DNA of 64,000 nucleotides from Octopus vulgaris (GCA_951406725.2 OX597831.1:28334001-28398000), one strand, 5' to 3'. Positions 40,711 to 54,304 are shown, counted from the stretch's first letter. A program made the numbers and translations. Notes: generated by a model not told the origin, from the sequence alone.

Positions 40711-40935
40711 TTGTATTATAAATTAATGGTAAAATATTTCTTTACCTTCACCCATTTAATACAATAAGTAAGTTTATTGCATTGCAATTAAAAACACTTG
40801 TGTATTAATAATTTGGATATTATACCAACAGTAATTGGATAAGATTATCAGTATATTGGATAAGTATTATCCCTTAGTGGGTTGGATCCACAACCCCATA
40901 ACTTACTTACGTTATAATGTTGACTGTCCTTTCGT

Positions 40936-40980
<45 letters not shown>

Positions 40981-40983
<3 letters not shown>

Positions 40984-41181
40984 CGTGAGCACCGCCAGCA
41001 ATTTTTTTTTCCTCTGTCTTCCCTTCTCGGAATCTTTCCTTCTCCTTTGTTTCCGACGAAGAGCTCCGCTCGAATCGTTAAACCCTCCTTCCCTTCTTTC
41101 CTGAGGGTCCAATAATACTTTATTTGTTCCACGTCCTCGCGTTGCTGTGTTTTTTTGTGTTTTCTTGTTTGGATTATCTTT
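40981..41181 (+). mobile_element. Solo Penelope-like terminal repeat with hammerhead-like motif (41049-41083) in (TA)n
   Basis: GUUU-CCGACGA-A-GAGC-UCC-GCUC-GAAU-C-GUU-AAAC; same layout as 43870-44072; flanked by (TA)n. Confidence 0.7.
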
Positions 41182-41383
41182 ATATATATATATATATACA
41201 TGCGTTTGTGAGTGTGTGTGTAATCTTTTGGGACTAATGGGTATATGTCACCTAATGTGTTGAGTAAAGCACATACACACTTTGGGCTACCTGGTGTCAT
41301 CCACGGTTGGGATATATTTCCGCTGGATCTACTTCCGGAATTCCACAATGTTTGTTGAGATAATAATTGATGAAGGAAACGGA

Positions 41384-41569
<186 letters not shown>

Positions 41570-42000
41570 ATAACTAACTAAACACACACGCACGCACGCC
41601 ATGCGCGCACACATACACACACATTTCTATCAACACCATCGACAGAGAAGAAACAGACCAACATGAATGTAGTTGGTTAAATAATTTTTATGTCGCCATC
41701 AAAGTTTTATATGGAATGTGTGATATTACTTCCGGTGTTAGCCTACCTAGAGTTGATGTTTTGATCAAATGAAAAGGCCAGAGAAGATGATGAGACTTAC
41801 TAAAAGGTAAATGAGATCCACTTTTGCTGTCATTCTGATTAACGACGAAACAAGACGCTCCAATAAAGACCACCCTGTGGTATTTTCCTAATATCCTATG
41901 TAAGCAGTTCTTGTGAATTCTAACGTGGGATTTCACAGAGATTTGGTAATTCTTTCTTGTAAGTAAAATGACTACAGAAGAATTCTCGTTGAATACATAC

Positions 42001-42100
<100 letters not shown>

Positions 42101-42187
42101 TTATATATGCATATATATATATATATACACACACTCACATATAAATATATATATACTTATATATATATATATATATATATATAGGAG

Positions 42188-42624
42188 GCCTGGGGCTAAA
42201 TGCATCAGTAACACCCCCACCGCCCTGCCCTGTCCCTAGCCACATTCAGATGGCTGATGTCCCTTATGTTATGGAGCAGTTACTGTTTATATCTCGTTTA
42301 GAGAATTATTATTGCTTTCGAACGGATTTTCTACATCAGTAAATGTATTTACTGTGAAAATCTTTAAATATAGCCTGCACAGAGAGTTATTCATCGGAGA
42401 GCGGTGCCTGCCATGCGTTGATAATAGGCAAATACCTTGAAACCTAGGTCCGTATGTGGCATCCGCTTCTTCGGGCAATGATCTCCCTTTTCAGGCTAGA
42501 GGACACCGTGATGGTGTCAGCCCTCCTGGTGACGTTGATGATCGCCTGGGGCTAAATGCATCAGTAACACCCCTACCGCCCTGCCCTGTCCCTAGCCACA
42601 TTCAGATGGCTGATGTCCCTTATG
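42188..42624 (+). mobile_element. 356-bp-period partial tandem with 81-bp direct repeats and a decayed hammerhead (retrozyme- or pLTR-like)
   Basis: 42188-42268 equals 42544-42624 with one mismatch; HHR-like fold at 42412-42456; (TA)n on both sides. Confidence 0.65.
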
Positions 42625-42642
42625 ATATATATATATATTTGG

Positions 42643-43664
42643 TCCATAGCTCCTTCCCTGACCCTACCTCCCAACCCGGCTCGTTCCCCTGCTCCCGCCC
42701 ACGTTGCCGCACTTGCCCTTACCTCTCCAACACCACCCGCCTCACTAGCACCCACCATCGACCCTATCCCATCATCCACTCCTTCACCTGCACCTCCAGC
42801 AATATTATCTATTGCGTCTCTTGCTCTCTCTGCAATTCCTTGTACATCGGACAAACGGGACGCCGCTTGGCTGACCGGTTTGCGGAACACCTTTGTGACA
42901 TCCACCTTGCGAACGACACACCGGTCTCACGCCATTTCCGCTCCACCGGTCACTCCTTGCAACACCTATCTGTGTTCGGTTTGTCCTTACACAGAGGCCA
43001 TCCGGATTCACGTTTGCGCCGTGAACAGGAATTAATCTTCTCTCTTCGCTCTTATACGCCATTTGGTCTCAACTCTCCCCCCTCCTCATCTAACCCCCTC
43101 TCCCCCTCCTCACCTATCCTTCCCCCCGACCCCTACTTCTTCAGTCCTTCATCCTTTCACCTCTACTCCCCTTCCCTTCTTCCCTCTTTCTCCCTCCCTC
43201 CTGCCCTCTTCCCCTTCCCTCTGCTCCCTCACTCCCCTTCTCTCTCCCCTCTCCCTCTTTCCTCCTTCACCCCTCCTCCTCCTCTTCCTTCTCCCCTTCC
43301 TTCTCCCCTCCTCTCCTCTTCCCCCTCTCCTCCCCCTCTTCTTCCCCTCCCCTTCTTCCCCTCCCCCTCTTCTCCTCACTACACCACACGACTTTACACA
43401 TCACATCATATATGATGTGCCATACTAATACATACACCAACTAATACATACTAATACGTACTAATACATACTAATACATACTAATACATACACCAACCCT
43501 ATACATACACACGTCCAGACCCCTCATACGCACTTATACTCTCTCATACACACACACACACTTATACATACTAATACGTACTAATACATACTAATACATA
43601 CTAATACATACACCAACCCCATACATACGCCTGTCCAGACCTATCCTACGCACTAATACTCTCT

Positions 43665-43701
<37 letters not shown>

Positions 43702-44070
43702 ATACATACTAATACATACACCAACCCTATACATACACACGTCCAGACCCCTCCTACGCACTTATAGGTGGTCATTCAACCCTATTATCAACCCTATTAT
43801 CTCCCCTTATTTCGGTCTCGCGTCTCATGTTTGATCTTTGACTTCTGGCCGAAATCAGATCGCCATGTTGATTCGTTAGTTACTGCACGCATTTTTTTCT
43901 CTCCTTCTTTCTGTGTTTTTTTTTCTCTCTGTGTATCTTTCTGTTGAAGAGCGTAGGCTCGAAACGTTAAAGACTTGTTTTATTTATATTTCCTGAGCGC
44001 CATACTAATACAATTGTTTGTTTGTTTTCCACCTGCCTTCGTCTTTTGTCTATTTTCATAAAGCTTCCCG

Positions 44071-44072
<2 letters not shown>
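42643..44072 (+). mobile_element. 5'-truncated Penelope-like element (probably Neptune-type): Cys-rich linker, GIY-YIG endonuclease, 3' repeats, HHR-bearing terminus
   Basis: C.RPRCRTCPY...FTCTSSNIIYCVSCSLCNSLYIGQTGRRLADRFAEH...VSRHF...REQELIFSL....PFGLN (~42690-43075); HHR motif 43936-43973; flanked by (TA)n. Confidence 0.9.
43421..43766. repeat. Nested minisatellite: 10-bp CATACTAATA units within ~120-bp higher-order repeats
   Basis: CACCAACCC.ATACATAC.C..GTCCAGACC recurs near 43491, 43611 and 43719. Confidence 0.85.
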
Positions 44073-44128
<56 letters not shown>

Positions 44129-44131
<3 letters not shown>

Positions 44132-44525
44132 TATTTGAGTAGTTGAATGAATTATCTTATTAAGGATAATTCGAAAGATAACCGATACCTGGGTAGCAAA
44201 TTCACATCAGAAAAACACGGTTGAAGTTACGTCCCTAGGGCATAGACTACGTGCTTTCGTGCGGAAATTTGTATGTTTATTTTAAAAATATAAGTTTATG
44301 AAAGAATGGAGTTGAACGACTTGTTAACAACTTTCCTCATTATCGCCATGGGCTCCTTGAGAGCAGTCAGCTAAAAGTTTTTTGTGCATTTTGATGTCGA
44401 CATAAGTTCCTTGCCTTTCCTGATGAGAAATCTGTATAATGTATGCAGCCTTCGAAACATATGTCGAAAATAAAGGAAATTTGTTAACAAGTCGCTCAAC
44501 TCCAATCTTTCATAAACTTATATTA
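44129..44525 (+). mobile_element. Penelope-like terminus with inverted upstream copy
   Basis: 44288-44342 is the reverse complement of 44470-44524; 44130-44258 recurs at 50250-50376. Confidence 0.75.
44416..44469 (+). ncRNA. Canonical type I hammerhead ribozyme motif, predicted cleavage after GUC at 44465
   Basis: UUUC-CUGAUGA-GAA..CUGUAUA-AUG-UAUGCAG..UUC-GAA-ACAU/AUGU-C-GAAA: full core, G10.1-C11.1 pair, palindromic stem III. Confidence 0.82.
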
Positions 44526-44574
44526 AAAAAAAAAAAATATATATATATATATATACACACATATTTATATATGC

Positions 44575-44605
<31 letters not shown>

Positions 44606-45162
44606 TATAAATATATATATACTTACATATATATATATATGGATACATACATACTTACATATATACAGAAGAAACGTGAGTATCCCTAAGTATATACGGT
44701 TGGATGTGTATTTATTGAGTAACAGGTTGACGTGGTTCCTCATGTTACTTAAAGATTCATTGAGGTGAAAGAAAAACAAAGGTCGTGTTTTTAGTGTCTT
44801 TCCACGAATTTTTGAGTAACATGAGATGCTACAACACAGATACACACACTCACACACACATACACACACACACTCACACACACACTCACATACACATACA
44901 CACACTCAAACGCATACATATACAAACACACGCATGATTAGATGCAATATGTACACAGATATGTGTAGCTATAGATATATATATGTAGATATCTATGCAT
45001 GTTTATAAATGACTATACACACAAACACACATACACACGCACCCACACATCTATACACACACACACGCATGTTTATATACATATATATAATGATGGATGA
45101 AAAAACATTTATTCTACATTTAGGAATAGAGTTCTTTTCCTATTATTTATAATACAAAACTG

Positions 45163-45287
<125 letters not shown>

Positions 45288-46034
45288 TCGGTAATAGCAC
45301 CAGGTGGTGCTATTAAGTTAGACATGACCTGGGCCAATAATGGCCGAAACCTATCAAAGTATCAAAGTATATATATATATATATAGTGTATCTGTATGCA
45401 TGTTTTTCAAATGGCTCCCACCAGCGTTCTGATGTGTAAGATACCCAGTGAACTTAACTCACACCAGGATATGGCATCTCTATCATCCACCAATTACAAA
45501 CCAGCACACGAGAAAATTGGATGCAATAGCATTAATGGTGCTCCCTTAATATGTCCGCTGTTGCTTAAAAAATAAGTATCAGTGAAAGACAAAAAAAAGT
45601 AAAGGGAGGTAAATGAGATTTATACAACACGAAGATAAGAGATATACTGCAACAATATAAAACGTATATATACATACGTATGTGTGTGTTGTGTGTGTTC
45701 GTGTGCATTTGTATGTTGTGTGAGATGGTAGGAATAAATCTTAGCTAAGCTGTTTTTCAATAAAAGAATGAAATAGTAAAACACTAACCATTGTATAGTG
45801 ATATAAAATTTATGATCGTTATGGTTGACTGAACGCAAATTTTATTAGTTTTCGATAACTCATGTTATATGGCGGCCGCTGAAATATTTTGCATGGAACT
45901 TGAGAATATAAATAATGCATCACAGATGGTGTATCTATCTGTTTGTCTGTCAGTCTGCCTCTCTCTCTTTTTTCTCGCTGTGCATCTCTTCCTCACTATA
46001 TGTAGACACACACACACATGGCAAACATATCAAA

Positions 46035-46085
<51 letters not shown>

Positions 46086-46088
<3 letters not shown>

Positions 46089-46285
46089 AGAATTCACGAA
46101 AAAAACAACAGTAGACGAAGATAGGTGGTGTAGAAAATAAATAAATGTATTAGTATAAAGCTCGGGAATTTGAAAAAGTATTTTACGTTTCGAGCCTACG
46201 CTCTTCCACAGAAAGGAACACAGAAGAAAACAAGGAAACAAGGAGAGAAAAAATGTGTGTTGTGGCTACCGATCTATCATGGCGA
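46086..46285 (-). mobile_element. Penelope-like terminal repeat with hammerhead-like motif (46181-46214)
   Basis: Minus strand UUU-CUGUGGA-A-GAGC-GUAG-GCUC-GAAAC-GUA-AAA; aligns with 43860-44070. Confidence 0.78.
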
Positions 46286-46369
46286 CTGTACGTATGTATG
46301 TATATATGTACCTATGTACGCATGCATGTGTCTATTTATGTGTGCTTGTAAGTGTATGTGCGTGCGTGT

Positions 46370-46552
46370 GTGGAGGACGCATGGCCTAGTGATTTGGATG
46401 TGGCACTCAAGACCGTTAGATCGTGGTTTCAATTCCTAGACCGAAAGGTGCAAAACACTTCATCTCACGTTGCTCTGCCATCATTTCGACGCCTGACGCG
46501 TGGTACACCATGTACCTGTCCAAACAGCAACGATTTGATGGAGGGAGAGAGC
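46370..46552 (+). mobile_element. Diverged tRNA-derived SINE (family D-like head)
   Basis: GGAGGACGCATGGCCTAGTGA...GGTTTCAATTCC...GCAAAACACTTCATCTCACGTTGCTC. Confidence 0.6.
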
Positions 46553-46611
46553 TGATGTAGGACACATACATTTGATTCCTCTGTGCGTCTGTGTGCATAT
46601 ATAAATACATA

Positions 46612-46671
<60 letters not shown>

Positions 46672-46672
46672 T

Positions 46673-46736
<64 letters not shown>

Positions 46737-46739
46737 ATG

Positions 46740-47062
46740 TGAAGGTGTATGTCTCAGTGGTTAGAGCGTCGAGCTTACGATCGTGAGGATGTGAGTTCGA
46801 ATCCCGGACCGGGCTGCGTGTTGTGTTCTTGAGCAAGACACTTTATTTCACGTTGCTCCAGACCACTGAGCTGTAGAAATGAGTTGTGACATCACAGGTG
46901 CCAAGATGTACCGGCCCTTTTGCCTTTCCCTTGGATAACACTGGTGGCATGGGGAAAGGAGGCCTGTATGCATGGGCAGCTGCTGGTCTTCCATAAACAA
47001 CATTGCCCGGAGGGGAACTTTCTAGGTGCAATCCCACGTTCAGTCATGACAAAAGAGGGTCT
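46740..47062 (+). mobile_element. tRNA-derived SINE, family D-like head with a different tail
   Basis: GTCTCAGTGGTTAGAGC, B box GAGTTCGAATCCC, and GTTGTGTTCTTGAGCAAGACACTTTATTTCACGTTGCTCCAG as in family D. Confidence 0.75.
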
Positions 47063-47073
47063 CACTACATGTA

Positions 47074-47138
<65 letters not shown>

Positions 47139-47195
47139 CTATTTACAAACACATGGACACACACATATACAGACACAATCATTTATAAACACATA

Positions 47196-47239
<44 letters not shown>

Positions 47240-47649
47240 GCATGTCTCAGTTGGTATATAACCATCGTATTAAAATAATACATTAAATGTCGCAGAGGTG
47301 AGTAACTTTGGCACACATAATGTAATTCCTAAGTTATTGTTCATTAAACACATACATGAATTTATCCACGTATTGACAGACAATATGATGTATATCATTA
47401 CACAAACATATACGTATATATATTATCAAACATGAGTCTACATATACACACTGACATGTATACAGATACTCAAACTTTTGCACACACATACATAAATGCA
47501 TGCAAGCATACATGCATACCTACATAAATTTATACATATATACAAACATTCATACATAAATATATATGTTTACATATATACTTGTAGCTCTATCAGTCAT
47601 GGATGCACTAGAAACTCCTCCAGCTGGCATAGACACACTGTGTCTGTCA

Positions 47650-47700
<51 letters not shown>

Positions 47701-47780
47701 AGATATTGAAAAGTGTATATATATGTTTATACATACAAATATGCATATGTGTATACATACAAATATGTCTGTCTGTCCTG

Positions 47781-47966
<186 letters not shown>

Positions 47967-48267
47967 TATTTCTGCTGCTCTTAAATAAAGTATATATATA
48001 TACGTCTCTCTTTCCTTCTCTCCGCTTCTATCTTTCTCTCTCTGTATATATATATATATTCCACAGGACCTCCCGAAACTAAACGCCAATCTCTAAGCGT
48101 TATCCAAGCTTAATAAGATTATCTGTGAAGATATCAATGTCAGCAATCTTCACAAAGCATGAATCCCACAACCACTTTCTGCTTTTCTAGAATGAACGAC
48201 AACTCAGAATAACAAGACCAAGACGTGAAAAATTCACAAACAGCCAAAACAAATATGTATTCCAATT

Positions 48268-48304
<37 letters not shown>

Positions 48305-48351
48305 GATATCTGCCAAAGAGATATCACTATATACATACATACATACATACA

Positions 48352-48387
<36 letters not shown>

Positions 48388-49223
48388 TATACACACACAC
48401 ACATACATATAGATAGATACATACGCACACACGCGCGTATATATACACATGCGGCAATAGGTATGTGAATTAAGTGTGCAACTGAATGTATAAATGCTCA
48501 TTTTCCAATTTCTTTCCTTTCCTTCCTTCCTTCCTTCCTTCCTTCATTCATTCCTACTAAATAGGTGTGTGTGTATATATATATATATATATTTACAGAT
48601 ACGAAGATACCACATCTCGGTATGTCTATTATATATATATGTGTGTGTGAAGTATACTTACCACTTAAATGTGGCTAACCACTAAGGGTGGATGCTACTG
48701 TAGCTTTTAGCTCCAGAAGAACATCTGCTGGCTATTGACACACTTTTTGTGCCCTATCAGTATTTGCAAAGGGAAGCTATCCCATCGTCGACATGACGTG
48801 ATACGCACGGACTCAGGTTTCTGGGTATTTACCCGTCGTCAGCGCACGACAATCATCGGTCGTCGATGAATCGAACGAGATGGAAAATAGTGAACGCTGG
48901 GAGAAATATTTTTTTTTGAAAAGAGTAAAGATAGAAGAGAGAGAAAGAACGTCCAGTCCTTTGAACGTCTGTGCAAGAACAGAAAGATGATCATGTGAGG
49001 AAAAGAAAGATGGACGATGGTTACGTGCAAGAAACGGGAGAGAGAAAAAGAGAAAGAAGGGGAAAGAAAAAGAGACAGAGAAAAATAGAAAACGGCAAAA
49101 GAGAGAGGGGAGAAAAGGGAATTAGAGGAGGAAAAAAAACAGTATAGAGTCGCGTCAAAAAGGTGAAGATAAACTTACTTGGAAACGGAAGTATATATGT
49201 ATGTATGTATGTATGTATGCATG

Positions 49224-49254
<31 letters not shown>

Positions 49255-49255
49255 G

Positions 49256-49286
<31 letters not shown>

Positions 49287-49359
49287 GTATGTATGTATGT
49301 ATGTATGTATGTATGTATGTATGTATATATGTAAGTATGTATGTATGTATGTATATATG

Positions 49360-49393
<34 letters not shown>

Positions 49394-49435
49394 TATATGT
49401 ATGTATGTATGTATGTATATATGTATGTATGTATG

Positions 49436-49480
<45 letters not shown>

Positions 49481-49509
49481 GTATGTAAGTATGTATGTAT
49501 GTATGTATG

Positions 49510-49540
<31 letters not shown>

Positions 49541-50201
49541 GTATGTATGTATGTGTGTATATATGTAACTATGTATGTATGTGATTATGTATGTAAGTAT
49601 GTATGTTCTACAGTCAAACCTCGATTATCTGAACATGAATCATGCAATAAAAATGTTGTGATTATTCAATTTACCATAGACTATACAAGATTCCGAACTT
49701 CAGAATAATAATGGTATTACAACATTTTTCTCATAAATTTGCAATATTTTCTCATATATTTACAACGGTTAATAATTCAATTGAACATGGTAGTAAGTTC
49801 CATCAAAAGAGGTGGCCCTGGCCCAGTTAACAGATACGAAGATACCACATCTCGGTATGTCTATAGGTTTCGTCTCAGTCAACGACTTTCAAACGTATCA
49901 AAGTAATTTTAAATACAGAAATATTATCGACCGATTTAAAATGTTGGCGTAAACATTGGTGTCGGAATTCTCTCTACGGCTTTGTTCCGAGTTTGTATCT
50001 GTTATAAGCAGCTGAATTTATAGCCCTCATCGTAACTATCAAGGGAAAGAGAATAGCATTAATAAAGGAAGTACAGAAAAAAACCATGAGGTTTTAGTGA
50101 CTACATCGTGGTGAAAAGACATTAAATATTGTACACAGACAAAAGCACTCGCGCACGCTCACGCACGCACACATATACACACATACGGATATATAGAGGG
50201 A

Positions 50202-50249
<48 letters not shown>

Positions 50250-50256
<7 letters not shown>

Positions 50257-50386
50257 AGTAGTTGAATGAATTATCTTATTAAGGATAATTCGAATTAACC
50301 GATACCTGGGTAGCAAATTCACATCAGAAAAAACACGGTTGAAGTTACGTGCCTAGGGCATAGATTACGTGCTTTCAGCTCCATTC

Positions 50387-50393
<7 letters not shown>
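50250..50393 (-). mobile_element. Second fragment of the 44129-44525 family, again with an inversion junction
   Basis: Matches 44130-44258, then switches to CTCCATTCTTTCATA, the opposite orientation of 44298-44312. Confidence 0.75.
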
Positions 50394-50458
<65 letters not shown>

Positions 50459-50551
50459 CATATATCATTATAATGTATTTGTTACACAAACACATACACA
50501 CATAGATACATGAATTTAAATATAAATATATCTATGTACATGTATTATATA

Positions 50552-50620
<69 letters not shown>

Positions 50621-50698
50621 TGTTGATAGATAGATATGTATATGTATATCTATATATCTACATATATATATAAGATATATATAGATAGATTGATATAA

Positions 50699-50777
<79 letters not shown>

Positions 50778-50786
50778 AATCAATCA

Positions 50787-50831
<45 letters not shown>

Positions 50832-50835
50832 CCTA

Positions 50836-50915
<80 letters not shown>

Positions 50916-51456
50916 CTGCAAGTAGTGCGTACATTGCTTGATTTAAGTGTCTCAATAGTAATGTTTTGAAGCTGGATTTACAAAACCCTAGAGCACTGAC
51001 TGAATATGGAAAGAAGTACAAGTTAACAGAACTGTGTAAGTATACAAAACATTGCAGAAATATGTTGCAGTTTAAAATGTAATTTAGACATGCGTGTATA
51101 TAAATTATGTATGTATACATAACATTTAATTAAAATCTTCATTAAAAACTTAATTAAAAACTTTTAAACTGTCATATACATTATATATTTATGCTTATAC
51201 ATATTTACATATATTTTTATATATATTTATATTTTTAATACAACAAATATATTACACACGTATATATATTTCTGAAGAATTTTCTAATATTGATTTCCTG
51301 ATAATAATATTATATATATATATAAAAGGAAATGAAGAAAATGCTGACAAATAATTGAAGTAATTTAAGTAATTTAATTAGGTGAAAGTTCTTTTACCGG
51401 TTGCGCATTTGTTATATCAAAATATAAAAGAGAGATTAGAGTCTGTCTCTTATATA

Positions 51457-51659
51457 AAAAAGAGGCTCCAGAGTTGTTTTGGATTTGCTTGGTTTCGCGC
51501 CTAAAATTTTGATTGGTCATTATGAAGGGGTCACGTGAATGTTTGAATGGAAGTTGGTGTTGGGGTAAGAAAAAAGGCTCCAGAGAAGTTAAAACTTGGC
51601 TAGTGTCCCGCCTAAAATTTCTTATTGGCCATAATAAAGAGGTCACGTGAATGTTTAGA
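51457..51659. repeat. Duplicated ~90-bp module with ATTGG and GGTCACGTGA
   Basis: AGGCTCCAGAG...CGCCTAAAATTT...ATTGG.CAT.AT.AAG.GGTCACGTGAATGTTT occurs twice. Confidence 0.75.
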
Positions 51660-52121
51660 ATTTTCGAAAATAGTGTCGTTGAAAATTCTTATTGTTCAGG
51701 CTGGTCAGTAGACGTCATGTGGATATTTTAAATAGCTTTTTAGCGCGTAGTTAGGAGTGTATTTTCCGCTTGACTGGATAAGTAAGTTCGTTTAGAAGAG
51801 AGCTGTATGTATGTGTGTGAGCTATATATATATATAGACATACATCCATACTTATAGAGTTAGAAACGTAAGTGCTTACATGCATAATTTGTAATACTTA
51901 TTCACACAATCAGTGACATTCATCCACACACATATGTAAACATACACATATGTTCATGTACATGCACACGCATATATACATATCCATTCAAACATGTATA
52001 TGCACATAATATATGAATACACAGACTTATACTAACATGTATACTAACATACATACATACATACATACATACATTCATACATACATACATACATACATAA
52101 ATACATACATACATACATACA

Positions 52122-52151
<30 letters not shown>

Positions 52152-52153
<2 letters not shown>

Positions 52154-53062
52154 CGATGAAGTAACCGGAAACATCTTGTGTGGGACAAGACCCTTGTAGT
52201 TCATGCTCCCGCAGCTAGAAGCCACTTGATGCAACCCTCAGGCATCTGTTTGACGACCGGCGTCGTCCAGTGAGGTCGAACTACCACGTTGTGTGTCTTT
52301 GTTTTGCAGTACTTCTCCTCTGCTCGTCGATTTTTGCGATGGCTGAAACGAATGAATAGCGTGCTTCCTTGAAATTCTGTTTTCTGCTGGGGAAAATGGC
52401 AGCCGAAACAGTTGTCATGCTTGAAACAGCTTACAAAGACGCTGCCATGAGCAAAAGACAAGTTTACGAGTGGTTTTCACGCTTTAGAAATTGTTATTTG
52501 TCGCTTAAATACCAAACTCATTTAGGGCAGTCATCGACCTCCCGAACGAATGAAAACATCATGAAAATTCATGAACTGATTTTTGGAGGACCTTCAAAGA
52601 ACAGCTGACGAACATCTTGATATAACTGGTGTGTCCTGGAGCTCCTGCCAACGTATTTTGAGCGAGGAATTGCGAATGAAAAGAGTTGCAGCAAAATTTG
52701 TGCCTCGCTTGCTCAAGGAAGGTAAAAAGCGGGTACGTCTGAATGCGTGTTGTGAACTGAAAGAACAGTTGGAAGTGGATCCGGATCTTTTTTTTTTGAA
52801 GTTTCTCACTGTTGACGGAAGCTGAAGCTACGGAATTTGCAGATGTGGAAGAGGTGAAGAAAAGAAACGACGGAGGTGTTAAAAAGCATAATTTCGCAAG
52901 AGTTCCAGAACTGAACTGTTTCGAACTTTGGAAAACGCTTCCGGACCGATGTTTTGCTTCAAATGGAGAATACTTTGAAGCCGGTAAAAGTGTAAACATG
53001 TAAAACTAAATGAATAAAATAATATTGCGTAATTCCGGTTTCCTTTGGAGACTCCCTTTGTA
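52152..53062 (+). mobile_element. Decayed, internally deleted mariner transposon
   Basis: LGKMAAETVVMLETAYKDAAMSKRQVYEWFSRFRN (HTH), LRMKRVAAKFVPRLL (WVPHEL-equivalent), RCFASNGEYFE; residual TIRs AAGTAACCGGAA / TTCCGGTTTCCTT. Confidence 0.88.
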
Positions 53063-53270
53063 CATACATTCATACAAGCACATATTAAAACACACATACA
53101 TATTTCGATACACATTCACGCATATCATAATGTAGTTGACGATGTATAACCTTTAAAGGAAGGGTTTGTTTGTCGTTGGCAAACAGACGCTTTCTGTATC
53201 GGAGAGAAATTTGAAAAATAAAAACCCAGCAGAACACATACACACGCACGCACACACACACATACGCGCG

Positions 53271-53312
<42 letters not shown>

Positions 53313-53356
53313 CACACGCACGTTCTGCCGTTTTTCAGATTTTATATACGCACACA

Positions 53357-53392
<36 letters not shown>

Positions 53393-53810
53393 TGTATGTA
53401 TGTATGTATGTATGTATGTATGTATGTACGTATGTATGTATGTATGTATGTATGTATGTATGTGTGTATATATGTGTGCGTGTGTGTGTATGAGTGTCTG
53501 TGAGTGTGTGTATATCTTTCTGCGCACGTGTGTATGTGTGAATATGTGTGTCTGTGTATGTGCGCATGTGTGCGTGTGCGTGTCTAGAGGTGAGGTATGT
53601 ACAACTGGTTGTAATGAATTGATACAAATGAAATAAAAGAGTTCATTAAAATTTAAAATGCCAGTGCAAGTCCTTGGATCAAAGAAGCCTCACACAATAG
53701 ATCATTCCTACAAAGCTAAGTTTCTTGTGTAATGAATTCAATTAACTTTACTAGACGAACCACTTAAAGAAGTTGAAACAGTGAAAAGCTCTCCACACTC
53801 ACCCTCTCTT

Positions 53811-53928
<118 letters not shown>

Positions 53929-53960
53929 CAAGGTTTGGAGGTGATGTACAGGTATTATAT

Positions 53961-54223
53961 ATTAGAAAAATAAGGTACTCAGAGATCTGAATGGTTGTAC
54001 ATTTACAGATTTTTATTAATATGTCACGTTTTTATAAATCCTATATAATAGCGCTTGCATCTACTCTAGTAGATTCTTCAGATTTATATATGCTAACAGC
54101 GGTGCATCAGCATGGCAGCAGCTCTGAGCTGAAACTAGAGGAAAAAATGCGACATAATGTAAATGCGACAAAACTGTAAATGTACAACTATCCAGATCTC
54201 TGAGTACCTTATTTTTTCTAATA
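53961..54223. repeat. ~48-bp inverted repeat enclosing a SINE-tail-like segment
   Basis: ATTAGAAAAATAAGGTACTCAGAGATCTGAATGGTTGTACATTTACAG and CTGTAAATGTACAACTATCCAGATCTCTGAGTACCTTATTTTTTCTAAT. Confidence 0.8.
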
Positions 54224-54224
54224 A

Positions 54225-54271
<47 letters not shown>

Positions 54272-54304
54272 CATATATATCATATACATATACATATATA
54301 TGCA

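Noticed and set aside
42456-43415. 319-aa ORF as a host gene with a proline-rich tail
   Set aside because: Chimeric read-through of a non-coding repeat, a (TA)n spacer, a Penelope GIY-YIG fragment and a polypyrimidine tract.
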